From assembly GCF_964204645.1 (NCBI RefSeq), contig NC_134028.1:13523653-13587652 (forward strand): a DNA stretch of 64,000 nucleotides, in the 5' to 3' direction. Positions within the stretch are counted from its first letter, which is position 1. Each line of letters starts with the position of its first letter. The notes under the pieces were generated by a model that did not search any database, was not told the DNA's origin, and worked only from the letters and a program-made list of their open reading frames with translations. The position numbers and the translations under genes were made by a program. Positions 15,001 to 30,000 of this stretch are shown here, piece by piece. This DNA comes from Tubulanus polymorphus (Eukaryota > Animalia > Nemertea).

Positions 15001-18000
15001 AAAAGTGCTTTTCCTGACGATTTGAGCGCTTTTACGCATCGACATTGTCGTTTTTCCGATAGGGGGAATATTCGATACGAAAACTTCTTTTCTCGCGCTG
15101 ATGGACGTTATCGGTCCGAAAAGTGCTTTTCCTGACGATTTGAGCGATTTTACGCATCGACATTGTCGTTTTTCCGATAGGGGAATATTTGATACGAAAA
15201 CGTCTTTTCTCGCGCTGAACGACGTTTTCGTCCGAAAAGTGCTTTTCCTGACGATTTGAGCGCTTTACGCCTTTTTCCGATAGGGGGAATATTCGATACG
15301 AAAACGTCTTTTCTCGCGCTGAACGACGCGTTTTCGGTCCGAAAAGTGCTTTTCCTGACGATTTGAGCGCTTTTACGCTTTTCCGATAGGGGGAATATTT
15401 GATACGAAAACGTCTTTTCTCGCGCTGATCGACGTTTTCGGGCCGAAAAGTGCTTTTCCTGACGATTTGAGCGCTTTTACGCATCGACATTGTCGTTTTT
15501 CCGATAGGGGAATATTCGATACGAAAACGTCTTTTCTCGCGCTGAACGACGTTTTCGGGCCGAAAAGTGCTTTTCCTGAATATTTGAGCGCTTTTACGCT
15601 TTTTCCGATAGGGGGAATATTCGATACGAAAACGTCTTTTCTCGCGCTGAACGACGTTTTCGCGTCGAAAGTGTTTTTCCTGACGATTTTGAGCGCTTTT
15701 ACCGCTTTTTCCGATAGGGGGAATATTCGATACGAAAACGTCTTTTCTCGCGCTGAACGACGTTTTCGGTCCGAAAAGTGCTTTTCCTGACGATTTGAGC
15801 GCTTTTACGCTTTTTCCGATAGGGGGAATATTTGATACGAAAACGTCTTTTCTCGCGCTGATCGACGTTTTCGGGCCGAAAAGTGCTTTTCCAGACGATT
15901 TGAGCGCTTTTACGCTTTTCCGACAGGGGGAATATTTGATACGAAAACGTCTTTTCTCGCGCTGATCGACGTTTTCGGGCCGAAAAGTGCTTTTCCTGAC
16001 GATTTGAGCGCTTTTACGCTTTTTCCGATAGGGGGAATATTTGATACGAAAACGACTTTTCTCGCGCTGAACGACGTTTTCGGTCCGAAAAGTGCTTTTC
16101 CTGACGATTGAGCGCTTTTACGCTTTTTCCGATAGGGGGAATATTGATACGAAAACGTCTTTTCTCGCGCTGATCGACGTTTTCGGGCCGAAAAGTGCTT
16201 TTCCTGACGATTTGAGCGTTTTACGCATCGACATTGTCGTTTTTCCGATAGGGGGAATATTCGATACGAAAACGTCTTTCTCGCGCAGAACGACGTTTTC
16301 GGGCCGAAAAGTGCTTTTCCTGACGATTTGAGCGCTTTTACGCATCGACATTGTCGTTTTTTCGATAGGGGGAATATTTGATACGAAAACGTCTTTTCTC
16401 GCGCTGTACGACGTTTTCGCGTCGAAAAGTGCTTTTCCTGACGATTTGAGCGCTTTTACGCATCGACATTGTCGTTTTTCCGATAGGGGGAATATTTGAT
16501 ACGAAAACGTCTTTTCTCGCGCTGAACGACGTTTTCGGACCGAAAAGTGCTCTTCCTGACGATTTGAGCGCTTTTACGCATCGACATTGTCGTTTTTCCG
16601 ATAGGGGGAATATTCGATACGAAAACGTCTTTTCTCGCGCTGAACGACGTTTTCCGTCCGAAAAGTGCTTTTCCTGACGATTTGAGCGCTTTTTACGCTT
16701 TTTCCGATAGGGGGAATATTCGATACGAAAACGTCTTTTCTCGCGCTGAACGACGTTTTCGGTCCGAAAAGTGCTTTTCCTGACGATTTGAGCGCTTTTA
16801 CGCTTTTTCCGATAGGGGGAATATTTGATACGAAAACGTCTTTTCTCGCGCTGATCGACGTTTTCGCGTCGAAAAGTGCTTTTCCTGACGATTTGAGCGC
16901 TTTTACGCTTTTTCCGATAGGGGGAATATTCGATACGAAAACGTCTTTTCTCGCGCTGAACGACGTTTTCGCGTCGAAAAGTGCTTTTCCTGACGATTTG
17001 AGCGCTTTTACGCATCGACATTGTCGTTTTTCCGATAGGGGGAATATTTGATACGAAAACGTCTTTTCTCGCGCTGAACGACGTTTTCGCGTCGAAAAGT
17101 GCTTTTCCTGACGATTTGAGCGCTTTACGCATCGACATTGTCGTTTTTCCGATAGGGGGAATATTCGATACGAAAACTTCTTTTCTCGCGCTGAACGACG
17201 TTATCGGTCCGAAAAGTGCTTTTCTGACGATTTGAGCGATTTTACGCATCGACATTGTCGTTTTTCCGATAGGGGGAATATTTGATACGAAAACGTCTTT
17301 TCTCGCGCTGAACGACGTTTTCCGTCCGAAAAGTGCTTTTCCTGACGATTTGAGCGCTTTTACGCTTTTTCCGATAGGGGGAATATTCGATACGAAAACG
17401 TCTTTTCTCGCGCTGAACGACGTTTTCGGTCCGAAAAGTGCTTTTCCTGACGATTTGAGCGCTTTTTACGCTTTTTCCGATAGGGGGAATATTTGATACG
17501 AAAACGTCTTTTCTCGCGCTGATCGACGTTTTCGGGCCGAAAAGTGCTTTTCCTGACGATTTGAGCGCTTTTACGCATCGACATTGTCGTTTTTCCGATA
17601 GGGGAATATTCGATACGAAAACGTCTTTTCTCGCGCTGAACGACGTTTTCGGGCCGAAAAGTGCTTTTCCTGACGATTTGAGCGCTTTTACGCTTTTTCC
17701 GATAGGGGAATATTCGATACGAAAACGTCTTTTCTCGCGCTGAACGACGTTTTCGCGTCGAAAAGTGCTTTTCCTGACGATTTGAGCGCTTTTACGCTTT
17801 TTCCGATAGGGGGAATATTCGATACGAAAACGTCTTTTCTCGCGCTGAACGACGTTTTCGGTCCGAAAAGTGCTTTTCCTGACGATTTGAGCGCTTTTAC
17901 GTTTTTTCCGATAGGGGAATATTTGATACGAAAACGTCTTTTCTCGCGCTGATCGACGTTTTCGGGCCGAAAAGTGCTTTTCCTGACGATTTGAGCGCTT

Positions 18001-21000
18001 TTACGCATCGACATTGTCGTTTTTTCCGATAGGGGGATATTCGATACGAAACGTCTTTTCTCGCGCTGAACGACGTTTTCGGGCCGAAAAGTGCTTTTCC
18101 TGACGATTTGAGCGCTTTTACGCATCGACATTGTCGTTTTTCCGATAGGGGGAATATTTGATACGAAAACGTCTTTTCTCGCGCTGAACGACGTTTTCGG
18201 TCCGAAAAGTGCTTTTCCTGACGATTTGAGCGCTTTTACGCTTTTTCCGATAGGGGGAATATTTGATACGAAAACGTCTTTTCTCGCGCTGAACGACGTT
18301 TTCGCGTCGAAAAGTGCTTTTCCTGACGATTGAGCGCTTTTTACGCATCGACATTGTCGTTTTTCCGATAGGGGGAATATTCGATACGAAAACTTCTTTT
18401 CTCGCGCTGAACGACGTTATCGGTCCGAAAAGTGCTTTTCCTGACGATTTGAGCGCTTTTACGCATCGACATTGTCGTTTTTCCGATAGGGGGAATATTT
18501 GATACGAAAACGTCTTTTCTCGCGCTGAACGACGTTTTCCGTCCGAAAAGTGCTTTTCCTGACGATTTGAGCGCTTTTACGCTTTTTCCGATAGGGGGAA
18601 TATTCGACACGAAAACGTCTTTTCTCGCGCTGAACGACGTTTTCGGTCCGAAAAGTGCTTTTCCTGACGATTTGAGCGCTTTTAAGCTTTTTCGATAGGG
18701 GGAATATTTGATACGAAACGTCTTTTCTCGCGCTGATCGACGTTTTCGGGCGAAAAGTGCTTTTCCTGACGATTTGAGCGCTTTTACGCATCGACATTGT
18801 CGTTTTTTCCGATAGGGGGAATATTCCGATACGAAAACGTCTTTTCTCGCGCTGAACGACGTTTTCGGGCCGAAAAGTGCTTTTCCTGACGATTTGAGCG
18901 CTTTACGCATCGACCATTGTCGTTTTTCCGATAGGGGGAATATTTGATACGAAAACGTCTTTTCTCGCGCTGAACGACGTTTTCGGTCCGAAAAGTGCTT
19001 TTCCTGACGATTTGAGCGCTTTTACGCTTTTTCCGATAGGGGGAATATTTGATACGAAAACGTCTTTTCTCGCGCTGATCGACGTTTTCGGGCCGAAAAG
19101 TGCTTTTCCTGACGATTTGAGCGCTTTTACGCATCGACATTGTCGTTTTTCCGATAGGGGGAATATTTGATACGAAAACGTCTTTTCTCGCGCTGTACGA
19201 CGTTTTCGCGTCGAAAAGTGCTTTTCCTGACGATTTGAGCGCTTTTACGCAACGACATTGTCGTTTTTCCGATAGGGGGAATATTTGATACGAAAACGTC
19301 TTTTCTCGCGCTGAACGACGTTTTCGGTCCGAAAAGTGCTTTTCCTGACGATTTGAGCGCTTTTACGCATCGACATTGTCGTTTTCCCGATAGGGGGAAT
19401 ATTTGATACGAAAACGTCTTTTCTCGCGCTGAACGACGTTTTTCGCGTCGAAAAGTGCTTTTCCTGACGATTTGAGCGCTTTTACGCATCGACATTGTCG
19501 TTTTTCCGATAGGGGGAATATTGATACGAAAACGTCTTTCTCGCGCTGAACGACGTTTTCGCGTCGAAAAGTGCTTTTCCTGACGATTTGAGCGCTTTTA
19601 CGCATCGACATTGTCGTTTTTCCGATAGGGGGAATATTTGATACGAAACTTCTTTTCTCGCGCTGAACGACGTTATCGGTCCGAAAAGTGCTTTTCCTGA
19701 CGATTTGAGCGATTTTACGCATCGACATTGTCGTTTTTCCGATAGGGGGAATATTTGATACGAAAACGTCTTTTCTCGCGCTGAACGACGTTTTCGCGTC
19801 GAAAAGTGGCTTTTCCTGACGATTTGAGCGCTTTTACGCTTTTCCGATAGGGGGAATATTCGATACGAAACGTCTTTCTCGCGCTGAACGACGTTTTCGG
19901 TCCGAAAAGTGCTTTTCCTGACGATTTGAGCGCTTTTACGCTTTTTCCGATAGGGGGAATATTTGATACGAAAAACGTCTTTTCCTCGCGCTGATCGACG
20001 TTTTCGCGTCGAAAAGTGCTTTTCCTGACGATTTGAGCGCTTTTACGCTTTTTCCGATAGGGGGAATATTCGATACGAAAACGTCTTTTCTCGCGCTGAA
20101 CGACGTTTTCGCGTCGAAAAGTGCTTTTCCTGACGATTTGAGCGCTTTTACGCATCGACATTGTCGTTTTTCCGATAGGGGGAATATTTGATACGAAAAC
20201 GTCTTTTCTCGCGCTGAACGACGTTTTCGCGTCGAAAAGTGCTTTTCCTGACGATTTGAGCGCTTTTACGCATCGACATTGTCGTTTTTCCGATAGGGGG
20301 AATATTCGATACGAAAACTTCTTTTCTCGCGCTGAACGACGTTATCGGTCCGAAAAGTGCTTTTCCTGACGATTTGAGCGATTTTACGCATCGACATTGT
20401 CGTTTTTTCCGAATAGGGGGAATATTTGATACGAAAACGTCTTTTCTCGCGCTGAACGACGTTTTCCGTCCGAAAAGTGCTTTTCCTGACGATTTTGAGC
20501 GCTTTACGCTTTTTCGATAGGGGGAATATTCGATACGAAAACGTCTTTTCTCGCGCTGAACGACGTTTTCGGTCCGAAAAGTGCTTTCCTGACGATTTGA
20601 GCGCTTTTACGCTTTTTCCGATAGGGGGAATATTTGATACGAAAACGTCTTTTCTCGCGCTGATCGACGTTTTCGGGCCGAAAAGTGCTTTTCCTGACGA
20701 TTTGAGCGCTTTTACGCATCGACATTGTCGTTTTTCCGATAGGGGAATATTCGATACGAAAACGTCTTTTCTCGCGCTGAACGACGTTTTCGGGCCGAAA
20801 AGTGCTTTTCCTGACGATTTGAGCGCTTTTACGCTTTTTCCGATAGGGAATATTCGATACGAAAACGTCTTTTCTCGCGCTGAACGACGTTTTCGCGTCG
20901 AAAAGTGCTTTTCCTGACGATTTGAGCGCTTTTACGCTTTTTCCGATAGGGGGAATATTCGATACGAAAACGTCTTTTCTCGCGCTGAACGACGTTTTCG

Positions 21001-24000
21001 GTCCGAAAAGTGCTTTTCCTGACGATTTGAGCGCTTTTACGTTTTTTCCGATAGGGGGAATATTTGATACGAAAACGTCTTTTCTCGCGCTGATCGACGT
21101 TTTCGGGCCGAAAAGTGCTTTTCCTGACGATTTGAGCGCTTTTACGCATCGACATTGTCGTTTTTCCGATAGGGGGAATATTCGATACGAAAACGTCTTT
21201 TCTCGCGCTGAACGACGTTTTCGGGCCGAAAAGTGCTTTTCCTGACGATTTGAGCGCTTTTACGCATCGACATTGTCGTTTTTCCGATAGGGGGAATATT
21301 TGATACGAAAACGTCTTTTCTCGCGCTGAACGACGTTTTCGGTCCGAAAAGTGCTTTTCCTGACGATTTGAGCGCTTTTACGCTTTTTCCGATAGGGGGA
21401 ATATTTGATACGAAAACGTCTTTTCTCGCGCTGAACGACGTTTTCGCGTCGAAAAGTGCTTTTCCTGACGATTTGAGCGCTTTTACGCATCGACATTGTC
21501 GTTTTCCGATAGGGGGAATATTCGATACGAAAACTTCTTTTCTCGCGCTGAACGACGTTATCGGTCCGAAAAGTGCTTTCCTGACGATTTGAGCGCTTTT
21601 ACGCATCGACATTGTCGTTTTTCCGATAGGGGGAATATTTGATACGAAAACGTCTTTTCTCGCGCTGAACGACGTTTTCCGTCCGAAAAGTGCTTTTCCT
21701 GACGATTTGAGCGCTTTTACGCTTTTTCCGATAGGGGGAATATTCGACACGAAAACGTCTTTTCTCGCGCTGAACGACGTTTTCGGTCCGAAAAGTGCTT
21801 TTCCTGACGATTTGAGCGCTTTTAAGCTTTTCCGATAGGGGGAATATTTGATACGAAAACGTCTTTTCTCGCGCTGATCGACGTTTTCGGGCCGAAAAGT
21901 GCTTTTCCTGACGATTTGAGCGCTTTTACGCATCGACATTGTCGTTTTTCCGATAGGGGGAATATTCGATACGAAAACGTCTTTTCTCGCGCTGAACGAC
22001 GTTTTCGGGCCGAAAAGTGCTTTTCCTGACGATTTGAGCGCTTTTACGCATCGACATTGTCGTTTTTCCGATAGGGGGAATATTTGATACGAAAACGTCT
22101 TTTCTCGCGCTGAACGACGTTTTCGGTCCGAAAAGTGCTTTTCCTGACGATTTGAGCGCTTTTACGCTTTTTCCGATAGGGGGAATATTTGATACGAAAA
22201 CGTCTTTTCTCGCGCTGATCGACGTTTTCGGCCGAAAAGTGCTTTTCTTTCCTGACGATTTGAGCGCTTTTACGCATCGACATTGTCGTTTTTCCGATAG
22301 GGGGAATATTTGATACGAAAACGTCTTTTCTCGCGCTGTACGACGTTTTCGCGTCGAAAAGTGCTTTTCCTGACGATTTGAGCGCTTTTACGCAACGACA
22401 TTGTCGTTTTTCCGATAGGGGGAATATTTGATACGAAAACGTCTTTTCTCGCGCTGAACGACGTTTTCGGTCCGAAAAGTGCTTTTCCTGACGATTTGAG
22501 CGCTTTTACGCATCGACATTGTCGTTTTCCCGATAGGGGGAATATTTGATACGAAAACGTCTTTTCTCGCGCTGAACGACGTTTTCGCGTCGAAAAGTGC
22601 TTTTCCTGACGATTTGAGCGCTTTTACGCATCGACATTGTCGTTTTTCCGATAGGGGGAATATTTGATACGAAAACGTCTTTTCTCGCGCTGAACGACGT
22701 TTTCGCGTCGAAAAGTGCTTTTCCTGACGATTTGAGCGCTTTTACGCATCGACATTGTCGTTTTTCCGATAGGGGGAATATTTGATACGAAAACGTCTTT
22801 TCTCGCTCTGAACGACGTTTTCGCGTCGAAAAGTGCTTTTCCTGACGATTTGAGCGCTTTTACGCATCGACAATGTCGTTTTCCGATAGGGGGAATATTT
22901 GATACGAAAACGTCTTTTCTCGCGCTGAACGACGTTTTCGGTCCGAAAAGTGCTTTTCCTGACGATTTGAGCGCTTTTACGCATCGACATTGTCGTTTTT
23001 CCGATAGGGGGAATATTTGATACGAAAACGTCTTTTCTCGCGCTGAACGACGTTTTCGGTCCGAAAAGTGCTTTTCCTGACGATTTGAGCGCTTTTACGC
23101 ATCGACATTGTCGTTTTTCCGATAGGGGGAATATTCGATACGAAAACTTCTTTTCTCGCGCTGAACGACGTTATCGGTCCGAAAAGTGCTTTTCCTGACG
23201 ATTTGAGCGATTTTACGCATCGACATTGTCGTTTTTCCGATAGGGGGAATATTTGATACGAAAACGTCTTTTCTCGCGCTGAACGACGTTTTCCGTCCGA
23301 AAAGTGCTTTTCCTGACGATTTGAGCGCTTTTACGCTTTTTCCGATAGGGGGAATATTCGATACGAAAACGTCTTTTCTCGCGCTGAACGACGTTTTCGG
23401 TCCGAAAAGTGCTTTTCCTGACGATTTGAGCGCTTTTACGCTTTTTCCGATAGGGGGAATATTTGATACGAAAACGTCTTTTCTCGCGCTGATCGACGTT
23501 TTCGGGCCGAAAAGTGCTTTTCCTGACGATTTGAGCGCTTTTACGCATCGACATTGTCGTTTTTCCGATAGGGGAATATTCGATACGAAAACGTCTTTTC
23601 TCGCGCTGAACGACGTTTTCGGGCCGAAAAGTGCTTTTCCTGACGATTTGAGCGCTTTTACGCTTTTTCCGATAGGGGGAATATTCGATACGAAAACGTC
23701 TTTTTTCGCGCTGAACGACGTTTTCGCGTCGAAAAGTGCTTTTCCTGACGATTTGAGCGCTTTTACGCTTTTTCCGATAGGGGGAATATTCGATACGAAA
23801 ACGTCTTTTCTCGCGCTGAACGACGTTTTCGGTCCGAAAAGTGCTTTTCCTGACGATTTGAGCGCTTTTACGCTTTTTCCGATAGGGGGAATATTTGATA
23901 CGAAAACGTCTTTTCTCGCGCTGATCGACGTTTTCGGTCCGAAAAGTGCTTTTCCTGACGATTTGAGCGCTTTTACGCATCGACATTGTCGTTTTTCCGA

Positions 24001-27000
24001 TAGGGGGAATATTTGATACGAAAACGTCTTATCTCGCGCTGAACGACGTTTTCGGTCCGAAAAGTGCTTTTCCTGACGATTTGAGCGCTTTTACGCATCG
24101 ACATTGTCGTTTTCCCGATAGGGGGAATATTTGATACGAAAATGTCTTTTCTCGCGCTGAACGACGTTTTCGCGTCGAAAAGTGCTTTTCCTGACGATTT
24201 GAGCGCTTTTACGCATCGACATTGTCGTTTTTTCCGATAGGGGGAATATTTGATACGAAAACGTCTTTTCTCTCGCTGAACGACGTTTTCGCGTCGAAAA
24301 GTGCTTTTCCTGACGATTTGAGCGCTTTTACGCATCGACATTGTCGTTTTTCCGATAGGGGGAATATTTGATACGAAAACGTCTTTTCTCGCGCTGAACG
24401 ACGTTTTCGCGTCGAAAAGTGCTTTTCCTGACGATTTGAGCGCTTTTACGCATCGACATTGTCGTTTTTCCGATAGGGGGAATATTTGATACGAAAACGT
24501 CTTTTCTCTCGCTGAACGACGTTTTCGCGTCGAAAAGTGCTTTTCCTGACGATTTGAGCGCTTTTACGCATCGACATTGTCGTTTTTCCGATAGGGGGAA
24601 TATTTGATACGAAAACGTCTTTTCTCGCGCTGAACGACGTTTTCGCGTCGAAAAGTGCTTTTCCTGACGATTTGAGCGCTTTTACGCATCGACATTGTCA
24701 TTTTTCCGATAGGGGGAATATTTGATACGAAAACGTCTTTTCTCGCGCTGAATGACGTTTTCGGTCCGAAAAGTGCTTTTCCTGACGATTTGAGCGCTTT
24801 TACGCATCGACATTGTCGTTTTTCCGATAGGGGGAATATTTGATACGAAAACGTCTTTTCTCGCGCTGAACGACGTTTTCGGTCCGAAAAGTGCTTTTCC
24901 TGACGATTTGAGCGCTTTTACGCATCGACATTGTCGTTTTTCCGATAGGGGGAATATTTGATACGAAAACGTCTTTTCTCGCGCTGAACGACGTTTTCGC
25001 GTCGAAAAGTGCTTTTCCTGACGATTTGAGCGCTTTTACGCATCGACATTGTCGTTTTTCCGATAGGGGGAATATTTGATACGAAAACGTCTTTTCTCTC
25101 GCTGAACGACGTTTTCGCGTCGAAAAGTGCTTTTCCTGACGATTTGAGCGCTTTTACGCATCGACATTGTCGTTTTTCCGATAGGGGGAATATTTGATAC
25201 GAAAACGTCTTTTCTCGCGCTGAACGACGTTTTCGCGTCGAAAAGTGCTTTTCCTGACGATTTGAGCGCTTTTACGCATCGACATTGTCGTTTTTCCGAT
25301 AGGGGGAATATTTGATACGAAAACGTCTTTTCTCGCGCTGAATGACGTTTTCGGTCCGAAAAGTGCTTTTCCTGACGATTTGAGCGCTTTTACGCATCGA
25401 CATTGTCGTTTTTCCGATAGGGGGAATATTTGATACGAAAACGTCTTTTCTCGCGCTGAACGACGTTTTCGGTCCGAAAAGTGCTTTTCCTGACGATTTG
25501 AGCGCTTTTACGCATCGACATTGTCGTTTTTCCGATAGGGGGAATATTTGATACGAAAACGTCTTTTCTCGCGCTGAACGACGTTTTCCGTCCGAAAAGT
25601 GCTTTTCCTGACGATTTGAGCGCTTTTACGCATCGACATTGTCGTTTTTCCGATAGGGGGAATATTTGATACGAAAACGTCTTTTCTCGCGCTGAACGAC
25701 GTTTTCGGTCCGAAAAGTGCTTTTCCTGACGATTTGAGCGCTTTTACGCATCGACATTGTCGTTTTTCCGATAGGGGGAATATTCGATACGAAAACTTCT
25801 TTTCTCGCGCTGAACGACGTTATCGGTCCGAAAAGTGCTTTTCCTGACGATTTGAGCGCTTTTACGCATCGACATTGTCGTTTTTCCGATAGGGGGAATA
25901 TTTGATACGAAAACGACTTTTCTCGCGCTGAACGACGTTTTCCGTCCGAAAAGTGCTTTTCCTGACGATTTGAGCGCTTTTACGCTTTTTCCGATAGGGG
26001 GAATATTCGATACGAAAACGTCTTTTCTCGCGCTGAACGACGTTTTCGGTCCGAAAAGTGCTTTTCCTGACGATTTGAGCGCTTTTACGCTTTTTCCGAT
26101 AGGGGGAATATTTGATACGAAAACGTCTTTTCTCGCGCTGATCGACGTTTTCGGGCCGAAAAGTGCTTTTCCTGACGATTTGAGCGCTTTTACGCATCGA
26201 CATTGTCGTTTTTCCGATAGGGGGAATATTTGATACGAAAACGTCTTTTCTCGCGCTGTACGACGTTTTCGCGTCGAAAAGTGCTTTTCCTGACGATTTG
26301 AGCGCTTTTACGCATCGACATTGTCGTTTTTCCGATAGGGGGAATATTTGATACGAAAACGTCTTATCTCGCGCTGAACGACGTTTTCGGTCCGAAAAGT
26401 GATTTTCCTGACGATTTGAGCGCTTTTACGCATCGACATTGTCGTTTTCCCGATAGGGGGAATATTTGATACGAAAACGCCTTTTCTCGCGCTGAACGAC
26501 GTTTTCGCGTCGAAAAGTGCTTTTCCTGACGATTTGAGCGCTTTTACGCATCGACATTGTCGTTTTTCCGATAGGGGGAATATTTGATACGAAAACGTCT
26601 TTTCTCGCGCTGAACGACGTTTTCCGTCCGAAAAGTGCTTTTCCTGACGATTTGAGCGCTTTTACGCATCGACATTGTCGTTTTTCCGATAGGGGGAATA
26701 TTTGATACGAAAACGTCTTTTCTCGCGCTGAACGACGTTTTCGCGTCGAAAAGTGCTTTTCCTGACGATTTGAGCGCTTTTACGCATCGACATTGTCGTT
26801 TTTCCGATAGGGGGAATATTTGATACGAAAACGTCTTTTCTCGCGCTGAACGACGTTTTCGCGTCGAAAAGTGCTTTTCCTGACGATTTGAGCGCTTTTA
26901 CGCATCGACATTGTCGTTTTTCCGATAGGGGGAATATTCGATACGAAAACTTCTTTTCTCGCGCTGAACGACGTTATCGGTCCGAAAAGTGCTTTTCCTG

Positions 27001-30000
27001 ACGATTTGAGCGCTTTTACGCATCGACATTGTCGTTTTTCCGATAGGGGGAATATTCGATACGAAAACTTCTTTTCTCGCGCTGAAGGACGTTATCGGTC
27101 CGAAAAGTGCTTTTCCTGACGATTTGAGCGATTTTACGCATCGACATTGTCGTTTTTTCCGATAGGGGGAATATTCGATACGAAAACTTCTTTTCTCGCG
27201 CTGAACGACGTTATCGGTCCGAAAAGTGCTTTTCCTGACGATTTGAGCGCTTTTACGCATCGACATTGTCGTTTTTCCGATAGGGGGAATATTCGATACG
27301 AAAACTTCTTTTCTCGCGCTGATGGACGTTATCGGTCCGAAAAGTGCTTTTCCTGACGATTTGAGCGATTTTACGCATCGACATTGTCGTTTTTTCCGAT
27401 AGGGGGAATATTTGATACGAAAAACGTCTTTTCTCGCGCTGAACGACGTTTTCCGTCCGAAAAGTGCTTTTCCTGACGATTTGAGCGCTTTTACGCTTTT
27501 TCCGATAGGGGGAATATTCGATACGAAAACGTCTTTTCTCGCGCTGAACGACGTTTTCGGTCCGAAAAGTGCTTTTCCTGACTTTGAGCGCTTTTACGCT
27601 TTTTCCGATAGGGGGAATATTTGATACGAAAACGTCTTTTCTCGCGCTGATCGACGTTTTCGGGCCGAAAAGTGCTTTTCCTGACGATTTGAGCGCTTTT
27701 ACGCATCGACATTGTCGTTTTTCCGATAGGGGAATATTCGATACGAAAACGTCTTTTCTCGCGCTGAACGACGTTTTCGGGCCGAAAAGTGCTTTTCCTG
27801 AATATTTGAGCGCTTTTACGCTTTTTCCGATAGGGGGAATATTCGATACGAAAACGTCTTTTCTCGCGCTGAACGACGTTTTCGCGTCGAAAAGTGTTTT
27901 TCCTGACGATTTGAGCGCTTTTACGCTTTTTCCGATAGGGGGAATATTCGATACGAAAACGTCTTTTCTCGCGCTGAACGACGTTTTCGGTCCGAAAAGT
28001 GCTTTTCCTGACGATTTGAGCGCTTTTACGCTTTTTCCGATAGGGGGAATATTTGATACGAAAACGTCTTTTCTCGCGCTGATCGACGTTTTCGGGCCGA
28101 AAAGTGCTTTTCCTGACGATTTGAGCGCTTTTACGCTTTTTCCGACAGGGGGAATATTTGATACGAAAACGTCTTTTCTCGCGCTGATCGACGTTTTCGG
28201 GCCGAAAAGTGCTTTTCCTGACGATTTGAGCGCTTTTACGCTTTTTCCGATAGGGGGAATATTTGATACGAAAACGACTTTTCTCGCGCTGAACGACGTT
28301 TTCGGTCCGAAAAGTGCTTTTCCTGACGATTTGAGCGCTTTTACGCTTTTTCCGATAGGGGGAATATTTGATACGAAAACGTCTTTTCTCGCGCTGATCG
28401 ACGTTTTCGGGCCGAAAAGTGCTTTTCCTGACGATTTGAGCGTTTTTACGCATCGACATTGTCGTTTTTCCGATAGGGGGAATATTCGATACGAAAACGT
28501 CTTTTCTCGCGCAGAACGACGTTTTCGGGCCGAAAAGTGCTTTTCCTGACGATTTGAGCGCTTTTACGCATCGACATTGTCGTTTTTTCGATAGGGGGAA
28601 TATTTGATACGAAAACGTCTTTTCTCGCGCTGTACGACGTTTTCGCGTCGAAAAGTGCTTTTCCTGACGATTTGAGCGCTTTTACGCATCGACATTGTCG
28701 TTTTTCCGATAGGGGGAATATTTGATACGAAAACGTCTTTTCTCGCGCTGAACGACGTTTTCGGACCGAAAAGTGCTCTTCCTGACGATTTGAGCGCTTT
28801 TACGCATCGACATTGTCGTTTTTCCGATAGGGGGAATATTCGATACGAAAACGTCTTTTCTCGCGCTGAACGACGTTTTCGGTCCGAAAAGTGCTTTTCC
28901 TGACGATTTGAGCGCTTTTACGCATCGACATTGTCGTTTTTCCGATAGGGGGAATATTCGATACGAAAACGTCTTTTCTCGCGCTGAACGACGTTTTCGG
29001 TCCGAAAAGTGCTTTTCCTGACGATTTGAGCGCTTTTACGCATCGACATTGTCGTTTTTCCGATAGGGGGAATATTTGATACGAAAACGTCTTTTCTCGC
29101 GCTGAACGACGTTTTCGCGTCGAAAAGTGCTTTTCCTGACGATTTGAGCGCTTTTACGCATCGACATTGTCGTTTTTCCGATAGGGGGAATATTTGATAC
29201 GAAAACGTCTTTTCTCGCGCTGAACGACGTTTTCGCGTCGAAAAGTGCTTTTCCTGACGATTTGAGCGCTTTTACGCATCGACATTGTCGTTTTTCCGAT
29301 AGGGGGAATATTTGATACGAAAACGTCTTTTCTCGCGCTGAACGACGTTTTCGCGTCGAAAAGTGCTTTTCCTGACGATTTGAGCGCTTTTACGCATCGA
29401 CATTGTCGTTTTTCCGATAGGGGGAATATTCGATACGAAAACGTCTTTTCTCGCGCTGAACGACGTTTTCGGTCCGGAAAGTGCTTTTCCTGACGATTTG
29501 AGCGCTTTTACGCATCGACATTGTCGTTTTTCCGATAGGGGGAATATTCGATACGAAAACGTCTTTTCTCGCGCTGAACGACGTTTTCGGTCCGAAAAGT
29601 GCTTTTCCTGACGATTTGAGCGCTTTTACGCATCGACATTGTCGTTTTTCCGATAGGGGGAATATTTGATACGAAAACGTCTTTTCTCGCGCTGAACGAC
29701 GTTTTCGCGTCGAAAAGTGCTTTTCTTGACGATTTGAGCGCTTCTACGCGTCGACATTGTCGTTTTTCCGATAGGGGGAATATTTGATACGAAAACGTCT
29801 TTTCTCGCGCTGAACGACGTTTTCGTGTCGAAAAGTGCTTTTCCTGACGATTTGAGCGCTTTTACGCATCGACATTGTCGTTTTTCCGATAGGAGGAATA
29901 TTTGATACGAAAACGTCTTTTCTCGCACTGAACGACGTTTTCGGGTCGAAAAGTACTTTTCCTGACGATTTGAGCGCTTTTACGCGTCGACATTGTCGTT

